Shown: in pieces, positions 35,621 to 47,869 of the stretch
Position numbering within the stretch: the stretch's first letter is position 1
Layout: each line of letters starts with the position of its first letter
Origin: Macrostomum lignano
Taxonomy: Eukaryota
Length of the DNA stretch: 64,000 nt
Reading direction: 5' to 3'
Assembly: GCA_002269645.1 (NCBI GenBank)
Contig: NIVC01002903.1
Coordinates: 7,040 to 71,039, forward strand
Program-made: the position numbers and the translations under genes
Notes under the pieces: generated by a model
Seen by the model: only the letters and a program-made list of their open reading frames with translations
What the model was told of the DNA's origin: nothing
Database searches by the model: none

Positions 35621-38531
35621 AAACTGGCGACCTCAAAAGTTGATCACGCGACCTTAATAAGATCGAGTGGCAAAGTGCAGCTATTTTCTGTCACGATCAT
35701 CAAAGGCTTTTCAAAGCTGCCAGCAAAGACTGCAGCGCGGCTCGACCTCTCCTACTCTTTAAAAATAAATTTAAACGCCGCTCCAGACGGGAGATCAGTC
35801 AGCTGGTGGGATGGCTCACTTCCACACGCTGTAAAAGTGGCTGCAGATGAGGAGCCGCTGGAACTGACGGGTTGGGAGGGACGAGCGGCGCCCTCAATTT
35901 TACCGTTCAATTTTTTTAAGAGCGATCCAAAATTAGCAGGCTCCCCTTTTTTAAACCTGGTTTTAGGTCGAATATGGGATCTCGTACTATCAAGCAAGCT
36001 CGGCTATTTTGGATTTGGGCTTTTTGGCTTAGTGTTTACCAATATTGCCCATGGATGAAAAAAATTTTTTTACTCATCCAGATGGAATCACGAGGTTTTC
36101 TAGAAAAAGTGCATTTTCTGTAGAAACGTCTCAGATTACCTGTTTAGTTTCTCTTACAATTTTTGAAGATTATTTACTTGCATCTCTTTCCTGCAACTCT
36201 CTTCCTGCTCTCATCCTGTTATTCCCCAATATTTTTCTGCTTCAGTGGAAGCATTATCAAAAAAGCTGAGTACCGTGTTTTGAATACAAAATAATCTTGC
36301 TAGCTTGAGCTAGCTACCGTCACGATATTTAAATAGATACACCAGCGTTGTGCATAACAAACGGTATGCAGGCATTACTGAAGTAGAAGGACAGGAAGCT
36401 GCGTTTTTTGGAACTTTTTTCTGGGGCAGTTTTCCATACTATCATCAAAAAAACATCAAACAATTTTATGTACATTAAGATACTCTATAGAGGCGCTCAC
36501 GTACATGTACAAATCAGGAGAGTACAATTAGTACGTGCAGGTATGCTGGAACTTCTGGAACTAAATAATGTTTCTAACGAACTATGATGTACATGTACCA
36601 TTTGTAAGCCGATCGCGTATAGAATTACCTGGTACAATCTGGAATGTACGTATACCAATCGTGCCAACTACCTGTCCAAGGAATACTTTTAATAGAAGAA
36701 TACTTAATTTACATAACATGATCTCAAACATAAAATTTGTTTGCATTTACATATATTACCTTCAAGGACGGACCCAAGGACTGACGATTTAATTATAAGT
36801 AGTCCTTGATCAGAGTGAAATGGATTTAACTTAAAAAAGTCACGATAAAACGGTGTTCGACTAATGCTCGAGTGTGAATTTATAAAAAACTGATGTTTGT
36901 ATTATTTTATTTATCATTAAAATTAATTAACCGCTAACTCAAATTGATTCAGCCTAAAAAACTTCACAGTGGGCATAGCGATTTTGTTTTCTTGCCTTGG
37001 AACGTATGGCGTATGCTAGGTTGCTAATCAATAAATTATTATAAATTAGCAACAAACACAACAATTATACGCTTCAATGATGGGGAAAAGTTAGACATAA
37101 AGGGTTTTTGATCAAGAAAACATTGGAAAACCGTTTTTAGATTTTAGATTATTGAGTTTATTTTCTACTAAAGGCGACGGTAAATGGGTAAAAAGAACAA
37201 GTTATAACAAAAAATGTCTATTGTGCTAATATAAATTTATATTTCTGTGTCAAAAAAGTAGGAATCATTAAATTAAAACTATCTGCAAAATTATAAACAA
37301 TTATTAAATAAATAAACAAGTTGAACACTAGCAAAGTAGATCCACAAACCATATTATAAAAGAAATAAAGTTAATCCTAACTTCCAGTTAATTTTAATAG
37401 GCTGAAAGCTTAAGATAGTGTTAAAGCCTGTCGATTTCTGTAGTGTAATTTATTTCCTATGGATTCCGTGTTCTGCAGTTTGTAAAAGCCTCTTGAGATG
37501 TTTGGTAAGCTATGTCTTAGTCTTGTGTCTTTTTGTTTTGCAATGCTAATTTTTACTCTACAGTAGGGCAAAATTGACATTCAAGATTTCGTGCAAGAAT
37601 ACAGGAAGTAGAATAGGTGAAAAATTATGGCGTCTTTTTAAACCTTTACAATGCAATCACAATTTTAAAACATGGCCGATATGCATGCGCGGTTACTAGT
37701 TATGAAGTTATGAACTTACTCAACGACTGCGTCTGTGTAAAGTTCAAAACTATGAATAAGTAAAATAACTTCACGTTAAATAATAAATTCACCCAACAGC
37801 CTGCCTAAACAAAGTCTTATGTTTAAAGAGGCCATAAAACTAATTATTTTTTGAAAAGCTCTCTACTTAGGCCCTAGCTTAGCCTTAAAAAAGAAGATTC
37901 AAGAAAACAGGAACAATGTCATTTATTATTTTTTAAATAACTATTTATGTGATCTTCCAATCCTATCATTATACCAATGGTCATAAACTAGTATCAAACA
38001 TGTATCATGTCCTCTCAATTACAACTTAGTTCCCCCAATTGTGACTTAATTTTCACTTTGTATATGACTTTTCTTGCTTTTTTATCTTTTCTTTTCTTTC
38101 TCTTTTTCTCTCCTCTTTCCCCTCTCTCTGTCTTCTCCCTCCTTTCTTTTTCTTTTTTCTTTCCTTTTTTCCTTTTTTCTTTTTTTTCTACCAATTTTTC
38201 ATTTTTTTATGTTTTTGATTTTGCAACTTACATTGGCTGGCGCTGGCGGCCATTTCACTTGTCTGGCTTGGACAGGCTGGATGGGTATTGGACATGTATG
38301 ACATGTATATATATACTTAGTTATCAATTATCATGTGTGCCATAGTAGAGATGGACCAAAAGCAGACTTTTAATCAAAATCAAAATTGAAACTGAAAGTC
38401 AGCAACTTCCAAAATTGAAATAATTTCGGAAAGTTCCAAAGTTAAAATTTTTAAGCATTATAGCAATTTGCTTTTTGATGCCTAAATTATAAATTAGAAT
38501 TAGATTAAAAAATAGAAAGTTAGCCCTAACC

Positions 38532-39600
38532 TAATTAATTTGGACACTAGTCGTTTCAGTGATAAGTCATTTTAGTGACAGTCATTTTGGTGACAAATAG
38601 TTGTTTTGGGGACAAGTTGTATTTGTAATAGACACTATTTTTGATAAAAAATAAGATTTTATAAGTATAGTTATTTTAGTAATAACAGGCGCTTTATAAT
38701 ATTAGCTTGTAATTTTTTTGTTAATATTTATGTTTCTTATATATATATATTTAACAATTTCCATTAAAAGATTAAAATATTTAAAAAAAGAAATCAATCT
38801 AATTATATTGTTTTCTTTTTGTGCAGATCATTTTCAATTGTCCCAGAATATTCAGACACAAACTATAAACCTATAAAAAATCTCATAAGATGACAACCAC
38901 AAAAAAGTAGAGATTCATTGGACACCAATGGTATACTTAAGATTTTGAAAAGGGAAGGGATAACTTTTAGAAACAAAACTATGTAGACTAATAAAATAGT
39001 TTTTTTGCAATGTTTGCTTAGAATATACATTTAAAAGAACTAAAACCATGTTTATTTGGCTAAAAAAACTTTACTTTGTGAAAATAAAAATAAAGCCGGC
39101 AGACATGTATCTTGTCTATAGCATTTAAGAAACTAGGGATTCATGGAAATATCATTTAAAACATTTGAATATTAATTTTTAGGAAAATATATGCCAATTT
39201 TTGGCAATTTTGCTAAGTCTCAGCAGCTTTATTTTGCATTTTTTAAACTTATTTTTGTTTCCTATAAATCATCAAAATGGGGGAGAGATATATCCCCGTA
39301 TCCCCTTCCTAGGTACGCCACTGCTGGACACTATGGCTAGATTAGAAAACAAATTCAAAAGATCGCAACTCTGTAATTGTAAATAAACAAAATTAAATAA
39401 AGCAATATTTAACCCTTTTAGAAAATTATAAAATTTGAAGTTAATATCCCTTAAGATTTGCTAGGTAATTTTCTGTTTAAAAGCAGAATGGCTATCACTA
39501 AAAGGATATTTTTCTTGTCACCAAAATGACTTTTGCTTGTCACTAAAAAGACTGTTACCAAAACATCTTGTCACCAAAATGACTATAATCTATTAATTTA
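38532..39600. mobile_element. Decayed foldback MITE with subterminal repeats
   Basis: GTCATTTTGGTGACAA (38581-38596) is the exact reverse complement of TTGTCACCAAAATGAC (39515-39530 and 39568-39583). Multiple degenerate copies in each arm. Confidence 0.6.
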
Positions 39601-39900
39601 ATAATAAGTATTTTGCAGTATGTTTTTACTTTTAACTAAGGTAGACCTAGTCCTAGGCCTTTTTTCATTTTGTTAAGCTAACCTACTATTTTAAAGTCTT
39701 TTCATTTCAATTTTTGTTTTAGTTTTTTTAGAAATCAAATATAAGCAATGTCAATGTGCATATGATTCAATAAACAAAGCTAAAATAAATTTTTTGTATT
39801 TTAAATTTTGTATAATCAAAACTATATTTATTAGCATTGTTGATCTACTTCATTATCACCTAGCTAAATCTTCTTAGCACACATGTTAGGCAATAAAATT

Positions 39901-40473
39901 CTGGCTATTTTGCCTTAAACCATTTTAGCCATTGCAAAAAACCATTTTGCCCACAAACTAGTTCAACTATCTAGGCATTTTGATCACAATGGTGATTATA
40001 TAATATACAAATATATATGTATGTATTGCTAAGCTATATTTAGCTTTCAATGCTAATTTTTATCTTTATATATAGGCATAAAAAGTTATTAATATTGCCT
40101 CAATTTGTAGAAAAAAAGAAACATGACAGAAATTCCCATTATATATTGGCTATACCTATCATACATGTTATACACAAAAGTTATGTTTATAGCTATTATT
40201 AAACTATCATTCACTTGTATTATAGCTTGTGTCATTTGTGTTTGTAAGTTTTAGATAACTTTAGCATCAATATTATATTGTTTGCAAAATTATTTCATGT
40301 TGATAATTTTCTAAGAAGGCAAAAGTAAAGTATATAAAAGTATAATCTAAGTCATTTCAATCAAAGGGAAGGAGGCTTGAAGACAAAATAGTCCATGGCT
40401 AAATGGTCTATAGGCCAAGTGGTTTGGGGGCAAAATGTCCATGGCTAAAATAGTTTATAGGCAAAATGACCAG
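39901..40473. mobile_element. Second decayed foldback MITE
   Basis: Left arm CTGGCTATTTTGCCT / CCATTTTAGCC / CCATTTTGCCC; right arm GGCTAAATGG / GGCAAAATGTCC / AGGCAAAATGACCAG (inverted). Confidence 0.5.
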
Positions 40474-41234
40474 TTACTAGCAATAGTGCAACTTGGAATT
40501 TTTCAAGGAGGGCAAATTCTAAAAAGGTAGAAATGCAAAGAAAGGTTTTTAGCTAAAAGGTTTCAAAGCTATTTAGAGCTCTACTCATCTCTTATCTTAA
40601 ATGGTATAGAGAGGGTTGGCTCTATATTTCAATAAAAAAATTGCTTGGTGCCTCCTTCCTTTGATTTTTTCTAGTCTTTGCCTAAGAGAAAGGCAACCAC
40701 CCTATCCTTTCCCTCCTATTTGTACCATTAATTGCTAAGTGTAGCCTTCTAAATAGGATACAACAAATGCAATTAAATCAAACATATTCTTTGAAATTAA
40801 AGAAATATGCCAATTTTAACAAAATGGATATTATTTTAATTAAGAAAATGTTTTATAAAGCATTTATTATATTGTTATTAAATTATTTTTATCATTTGGG
40901 CATATTAACTGGGGTACTAAAAAGCAATCTGGGTACCAAAATACCAGGCACCAAAAACCATAGCAACTGTCACAATTAGGCAGTCCAATGAGTTGAAAAA
41001 ATAGTAAAATGAATTTTAAAAAGTAAAAATGAATATAGTTCTTCTTTAAAAACATAAAAATGAGGTGAAATGATATATTAAAATATGAAAGCTGAGAAAA
41101 TTCTTTTCTTAAAATGTATAAAATTCTACAAATGGTAAAGTATACTAAAATTAATATGCTTTTTATAATTTTCCTTTTTGAAAAAATATATGCATATGAC
41201 TCTTGTGAAAAATACAAAATAAGAAATTTTTTTG

Positions 41235-42665
41235 TGTCAAACTAAAGATAATTTTTCAACAAAAAATTGTCATTTGAATTTACTTTTTATCTGGTTTTGG
41301 TTAAGATTTATACTAAGAAATGTGAAAGAAGGTCAGTATGAGTGTTACACAACCTCAAATGTCTGTAGTGTCCTTTTCCAATCATCATTTTTGGTAAACG
41401 TTAGCTTTGAATTGGTCAGAAAGATATGGAAATATCTATGGATGAAACCAGTAATTAATTGCTAGTCAGATCTAATGGTGTCAGTGTTTGCATATTCCAT
41501 ACCAAGTGCTTGCTTTGCTTTTGGCCAAGGACTCAAATATGAGTTCTTTCCAAAGTCTTGAAAGTCAGCAGAGTCAAAGTTTTCATCCTGTGGTCTATAG
41601 GATAGAGTAGAGCCAAAATTGCTAAGGCTCATTCCATATAAGCATGGTCATAACATGACAGGTTATTTTTACTTATAAAATGAAATCTAATAATAGAATA
41701 TACTAAACCAATATTTTAAATGAAAGATTATTTTGTCTAGAATATATTTATAGAGTTTCATATAGATATCATCATTAGTATAGATGCTATTAAACCTTAA
41801 ATGACACTTATGGTTGTAACGACAGGATTTTCGACATATAGAAACTAAAAGGTAAAAGTCTTATAACATTTTTCATTTTTGATATTTTGCAATACATTTT
41901 TAAAATTTGACTAAGAACATCTTTAGAAATCATACTCTTTTATTAGAATATATAAACTCAAAAGGCAACAAAGATACAAAAGAAAAGGCAGCCTTATGGT
42001 CGTAACATTATGGTCGTAACATATTTTTTTCTGTCAATTCAGTAACTTTGAGGTACTAATACATTAAAAATATAATAGATTATTTGGTCACCAATGCTTT
42101 TATCTGATGATGCAAGTACTATACTTTTATCTATAGTTTGTTTCAACCTTCAAAAGCTTTCTATTTGTTTTTAAAAGGTACAAAATCTTAATGATGTCTT
42201 TTGCTTCGAAAAATGTCCAAATTTTTACAAAAATGACTTTTTGCCAATTGATAACATACTAATCAAACATTTTACTATTCCTTTATTCTTAGATTGTATA
42301 TATTGCACAATATAAACATTTGGTAAAAAAATAGGCTAATTAGGCAATGGCAAGCAAAAATATTGACTTTTTTCTATTTTCCAAATATGTCCATCTTATA
42401 TGGAATGAGCCCTAATCATATTTTTTTAATCCATGGTAAGAACAGCATAAAGAAAATAAGTTCAAGAAAGTGAGAAGACAAGTTCAAGGATGGCTAGTCC
42501 ACTTTGAATGACCAGTAGTCATACTCTTGCCATCCCCACATGGCATGGTGTAACACCATTACTGATCTTTTTCACATTTCCTGGTGTAACTCCAAACCAA
42601 AACCAGATAAAAAAGAAATTCAAAGGACAGGTTTTTATCATTGAAAAATTATCTTTAGTTTGACA
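41235..42665. mobile_element. Old element with long (~115 bp) diverged inverted repeats
   Basis: 41235-41350 inverted against 42548-42665, including a perfect 25-bp match TGTCAAACTAAAGATAATTTTTCAA. Confidence 0.65.
41626..42411. mobile_element. Nested 786-bp MITE with 17-bp TIR and 4-bp TSD
   Basis: TIR GGCTCATTCCATATAAG (41626-41642) and CTTATATGGAATGAGCC (42395-42411). TSD CTAA at 41622-41625 and 42412-42415. Confidence 0.75.
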
Positions 42666-43892
42666 AAAAAACATAAAAATTGGTCAAGCCACTAAGGAGC
42701 TGGAGCAAAGATTCTGAGAACTTTTGGGACACCCCATTGTGTATAGCTATAACTTTGTTTTTATTTTTAACAAAAATTGTATCAAGTTTTCAAAATACTT
42801 TTTTTACCAATAGGCTTGATGCTATGCATTGTTGACATCAATTTTTAATGCAGAATTTGTCATAGAATCTTTTGCAGAGATTGTTTTTTACTTTTGCCTC
42901 CCACTTTTACCCATATAGAAGTTTAAGCATCCTCCAATAGTACATATATGGGTGTTTCTACCAAATGTAAACAAAAATTAAATTAAAAAGTATAATAGAT
43001 AGTAAAATAGTAAAACAACTTTTAAATATATTAAAACAAGAAAATATTTTAAGACATATTAAGCAGAGTAATAGAATATAACTAGAGTTACTACTATTAA
43101 TATAATTTATAGACTATAATAGTTTCCATTGAGTCACTAACATATAATATACTAACAATAAACTCTAATATATATACTAAAGATTAAAGAAGGTATTGTC
43201 TTATATTTGTCTTTGTCTATTAATATGTGGATATAATCTTTTAAAGCAAGGCTTTTAGGTTTGAAGTAATGATATATTTGCTGGGTAGGCCTTGTCTGAG
43301 CAAATTTAGAAAAATGTGACCATATCCCAAATTTTTTACCCTACCAATGTGCTCGCAGTATGATTGATAACATGTTTGCTTTCAATCCTGTCCAGCTTAT
43401 CTTCCTGTCTGCTAAACTGAAACTGGGGTTGCCTGCCTAAAGTGCGCTTTGTACTTTTGTACTTTTGGCTGCCCTCAAATTTCAGGAGGCTCACTGCAGG
43501 CCGCCGGCAGGCCAGGCTGAGCCCCAGCGGCTGCAGCAGCGGCTTGGCGCCTCTCATATTGGCTCTGCGCAGCCACGGCGCCGGCCCACGCGCGCCACCG
43601 AGGCCGGGAGAGAGCTGAGTGCGCGCTAATTTAAACAGGCGCCGTGTACATTTTTTAAGTAGAGAAAAAAATTTGGCAAGCTGCCAATAATCCATCCTAC
43701 ATATTTTAATTAATGACAGATTTCAGTTTGGCCTGGCAGATTTACTTTATATTTATTGTTCATCAGCTAGCATTACTAAGCAATACGGGGTACTACTGTA
43801 AGTAGCTAGCAGTAGCATAGTATACCTCTAAACGCTATCCGCAACCTCAATTCTAGATAGCTAGCTAGCCGAACTGGTCCTGTCGACAATTC

Positions 43893-44424
43893 ATGGAGAA
43901 ATTCAAAGCCAAGCGGGGCGGCGGCCCCAGGTTCAATATGAACGCCCGGGCGGCGGCGGTAGCGGCTGGCAGCCGGATTGCCCGCCGAGGTCGCGGAGGC
44001 CGCGTCATTCGAGGCGGAGTCGGCCGCGGTGCATTTCCGGCCGCGGGTGCGGCGGCGGCGGCACCTTGTTGGTCTAATAACGCCGGCGCTAGCAGATTCC
44101 AGCTTCATCAACTGCAGCAGCAGCAGCAGCAGTTTCGGCGGCTGCCCTACCAGCAGCAGCAGAGAACTCAGCTCATCCGTCGAGTCTGGCAAAATCGTCG
44201 GGGTCGTCGCGGCGGCGGTGTCGCTACCAGTTCGAGCTCCGCTGGCGGGGCCGCCCATCAGCAGCAGCTGCAGAGCTCCGATCCGTTGAACCTGCGCTGG
44301 GTTGCGGCGGAGAGCCAGCGCAGGGAGCTGGCCGGCTTGTCGCCGATGCCTGGTGACAGCGCGCTCGGCTCCCCGGTGCTGCCGCCCGTTGACGAGGGCG
44401 CAGCCGGCCAGGCTGCTGTGGAAG
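43893..44424 (+). CDS. MEPCE: MEPCE/Bin3 7SK methylphosphate capping enzyme, exon 1
   Basis: ATG at 43893, RGG- and Q-rich N-terminus, conserved DPLNL motif, G|GTGAGC donor (phase 1). Confidence 0.75.
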
Positions 44425-44467
44425 GTGAGCGAAAGGTCTTGTAGAATTGGGTCAGTTGACGATGCAG

Positions 44468-44887
44468 AATCTAAGCTGACGCGCATTCTAAGAATCTGAA
44501 GCTGACGCGCATTCTAAGAATCTAAGCTGACGCGCATTCTAAGAATCTGAAGCTGACGCGCATTCTAAGAATCTGAAGCTGACGCGCATTCTAAGAATCT
44601 AAGCTGACGCGCATTCTAAGAATCTAAGCTGACGCGCATTCTAAGAATCTAAGCTGACGCGCATTCTAAGAATCTAAGCTGACGCGCATTCTAAGAATCT
44701 AAGCTGACGCGCATTCTAAGAATCTAAGCTGACGCGCATTCTAAGAATCTAAGCTGACGCGCATTCTAAGAATCTAAGCTGACGCGCATTCTAAGAATCT
44801 AAGCTGACGCACATTCTAAGAATCTAAGATGACGCGCATTCTAAGAATCTAAGCTGACGCGCATTCTAAGAATTTAAGATGACGCGC
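44468..44887. repeat. 25/26-bp minisatellite (AATCTAAGCTGACGCGCATTCTAAG)n in MEPCE intron 1
   Basis: Direct inspection, about 17 copies. Confidence 0.97.
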
Positions 44888-44937
44888 TTACTAATAATCT
44901 AAGATCTTTCTGTAAATTCTTGATTTTCTAATCGCAG

Positions 44938-45458
44938 GCGCAACGTTGGAGTCCTCTGAAGCCGTGTCCACTAGTAGCGCATGCGCGGAATCAACAGCAG
45001 CCAGCAGACCTTCAACGACATCCGCGTCGACCGCGGTGAACTCGTCGTCGTCATCAACGACGACAGCGGGCTCGCACCGGTTCAAGCGGCCAGCCGGCGG
45101 GAACTTCGGCAGCAGTGGCGGTCGCAGCGGCGGCTTCTTCCAGCCAATCTACGGCAACTATCGAGCCTATTACGGTAAGCGGCTTCGAGCGGGCAATTTG
45201 AATATTGGCAGACTGCAGGACGACCGGCTGGAACTGCTGCAGCCCGACTGGTATCTGGGCCGCGATGTGCTGGATATCGGCTGCAACGATGGCATTTTAT
45301 CCTTGAAGATTGCCGAGACTCTGGGCGTGAAGTCTCTCACCGGGGTGGACATTGACGGCCACCTGGTGCAGCGGGCACAGCGGAACCTGAGGCTGCGGGT
45401 GCGTGAGGCCGAAGCCGAGCTGAGGCTGAAACGGAACCTGGCTAGGGAGGGCTACCAG
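44938..45458 (+). CDS. MEPCE: MEPCE/Bin3, exon 2 (SAM-binding region)
   Basis: YGNYRAYYG...DDRLELLQPDWYLGRDVLDIGCNDG...LTGVDIDGHLVQRAQRNLR matches MEPCE. Acceptor at 44937, CAG|GTGAGG donor. Confidence 0.95.
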
Positions 45459-45486
45459 GTGAGGACTGTCTTCTGCTTCTGTACGT

Positions 45487-45945
45487 GTCCGATCTGCCTG
45501 TCTTTGTGTCCTATCTGCCTGTCTTTGTCCGATCTGCCTGTCTTTGTGTCCTATCTGCCTGTCTTTGTGTCCTATCTGCCTGTCTTTGTCCGATCTGCCT
45601 GTCTTTGTGTCCTATCTGCCTGTCTTTGTCCGATCTGCCTGTGCCTGTCTGTGTCCGATCTGTCTGTGTCCGATCTGCCTGTCTTTGTCTGTCCGATCTG
45701 CCTGTCTTTGTGTCCTATCTGCCTGTCTTTGTGTCCTATCTGCCTGTCTTTGTCCGATCTGCCTGTGCCTGTCTGTGTCCGATCTGTCTGTTCCGATCTG
45801 TCTGTTCCGATCTGTCTGTGTCCGATCTGTCTGTCTTTGTCTGTCTAATCCGCCTGTCTGTCTGTCTGTCTGTCTGTCCAATCTGTCTGTCTGTCTGTCT
45901 GTTTGTCTGTGTCCGATCTGCCTGTCTATCTGCTCCCCATATGTC
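45487..45945. repeat. Mosaic GTCC(G/T)ATCTGCCTGTCTTT / GTCT repeat in MEPCE intron 2
   Basis: Direct inspection. Confidence 0.9.
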
Positions 45946-46033
45946 TGTACGATCTCTCTGTATTCTTCTGTCCCTAATCTGTCTTGGTCGTGTCTGATGA
46001 CACCCTGTCGGTCTCATCCCGGTCATCCCGCAG

Positions 46034-46708
46034 GTGGAGTCGCGGCAGCAGGAGCGCACCGGCTTCCCCTACAACGTGTTCTTCCAGGCCGGCAACTACG
46101 TGCTGGACAGCGAGGAGCAGCTGGCCAAGGTCGAGGAGAACAAATACGACATCATCCAGGCATTCAGCATCACCAAATGGATCCACCTGAACTGGGGCGA
46201 TCGCGGCCTCAAATTATTCTTTCGCCGGGCGTTTCGCGAGCTCCGGCCGGACGGCAAGCTGATCCTGGAGCCGCAGCCGTTCCAGTCCTACAAGAAGAAG
46301 CTGCTCTGCCCCGAGCACAAGCGCAACTACGCCAATATCGAGATGCGGCCGGAGAAATTTCGCGAATACTTGGAACGCGAGGTCGGCTTCGCTCATAGTC
46401 TGTACATCTCCGAGCAGCAGCAGTACCACGGATTCCAGCGACCCGTGCTCATGTGCACCAAGCCGACTGGCCGCACCCCCGCGCTGCAGGCCGCGCCGGC
46501 TCCGCACCCGCTGCCGGCTGGCACGGCCGGCGGGACCGCCGAGTCGCAGCGGGCGGCCGTGGCGATGGCGGCAGTCAGCAGTGCTGCCGAGACGCCGGAG
46601 TCCATCAGGCTGGCCGCCGCTTCGCCGCCCCAGCTGGAGGACGGACTGGACTCGTTTGATGAGGAGCGGGGTTTTGAGTCCGGCGGCAGCCAGCAGCAGG
46701 GAGATTAG
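46034..46708 (+). CDS. MEPCE: MEPCE/Bin3, exon 3 (Bin3 domain); spliced CDS 1728 nt, 575 aa
   Basis: FPYNVFFQAGNYVL...YDIIQAFSITKWIHLNWGDRGLKLFFRR...LRPDGKLILEPQPFQSY...FREYL..VGF. TAG at 46708. Confidence 0.95.
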   Translation: MESRQQERTGFPYNVFFQAGNYVLDSEEQLAKVEENKYDIIQAFSITKWIHLNWGDRGLKLFFRRAFRELRPDGKLILEPQPFQSYKKKLLCPEHKRNYANIEMRPEKFREYLEREVGFAHSLYISEQQQYHGFQRPVLMCTKPTGRTPALQAAPAPHPLPAGTAGGTAESQRAAVAMAAVSSAAETPESIRLAAASPPQLEDGLDSFDEERGFESGGSQQQGD

Positions 46709-46814
46709 CGCTGGCTCTGCTGGCACCTGATTGTGCTTGTTAATGTTCTTTTATTCAGTCAGTTGCGGCTCTGGAGCTTGCGGTGGTACAGCTTATCAAA
46801 TTTATAACTGAATC

Positions 46815-47282
46815 CCAGATCCTCAGTTACTAGGCCAGCCTCACAGATTCCCAGTTGGTTAGCCAGCCTCCCAGATCCCCAGTTGCTTAGCCAGCTTCCC
46901 AGATCCCCAGTTGCTGCGCCAGCCTCCCAGATCCTCAGTTGCTGCGCCAGCCTCCCAGATCCCCAGTTGCTGCGCCAGCCTCCCAGATCCTCAGTTGCTG
47001 GCCCAGCCTCCCAGATCCTCAGTTGCTGATCCAGCCTCCCAGATCCTCAGTTGCTGATCCAGCCTCCCAGATCCTCAGTTGCTGCGCCAGCCTCCCAGAT
47101 CCTCAGTTGCTGGGCCAGCCTCCCAGATCCTCAGTTGCTGTGCCAGCCTCCCAGATCCTCAGTTGCTGGGCCAGCCTCCCAGATCCTCAGCTGCTGAGCC
47201 GCCACTCGCTGCCCAGATCCTCAGCTGCTGAGCCGCCACTCGCTGCCCAGATCCTCAGCTGCTGAGCCGCCACTCGCTGCCT
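46815..47282. repeat. ~28-bp minisatellite (CCAGCCTCCCAGATCCTCAGTTGCTGCG)n, MEPCE 3' flank
   Basis: Direct inspection; shifts to a related GAGCCGCCACTCGCTG variant at the 3' end. Confidence 0.93.
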
Positions 47283-47869
47283 AGATACGAACATGGGTAT
47301 TGTAAATAAGCTCCGTATTATCAGTGCTACTCAAGTGCAAGTAAATTTGCCCTTCATAGCTCCTTCCAACGATACAAGTGATAATCTGTCAAAGTTCTGC
47401 TGTTAAACATGAAATATCAAGGCTTACTGTATACTCTGAGATAGGTGAAGTCTTCATTGAATTGCATATTTAACTCTTAGTTTATTATTTTATTGAGAAA
47501 CTTTTAATATTGGCCTATTTTATTAGGAGTATCTCGCGACACTGGGGAGCCGCCATGCAGAGCGGACCGTCTGTGCCACGCCTTATAAACTGTCTGTTTT
47601 CCTGTCTGTTTATACACTTTGTTTATTTATATTTTGTTTTCACCCTGTCGCTAGGCAGCGCTAGTTAATGCACAGATACTGTCGTGGCAGTTTTTTTATT
47701 CTGAAAACTTTATTTGTTTGCCTGTTTGCTTTCTCCATGTGCAAAGCCGCCTGTGGCAGCTAATATGATATCGCGATCGGCTTCTGAGCCGTTTCGTACC
47801 TTTGTCGCCGTATTTTAACTTTGACTTGCCCCTCTTATCACGGTTCTCTGCGTCTCCGGACACCTGATT

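Larger units (their letters stand above)
36300..43330. other. AT-rich non-coding island with decayed inverted-repeat elements
   Basis: Marked drop in GC relative to the flanks (roughly 70% AT, estimated by eye), no credible ORFs, several diverged TIR pairs. Boundaries are gradual and approximate. Confidence 0.75.

Noticed and set aside
35640-43720. Terminal inverted repeats or TSD bounding the whole AT-rich island
   Set aside because: Comparing 35640-36400 with the reverse complement of 43320-43720 by eye gave only short chance-level matches.
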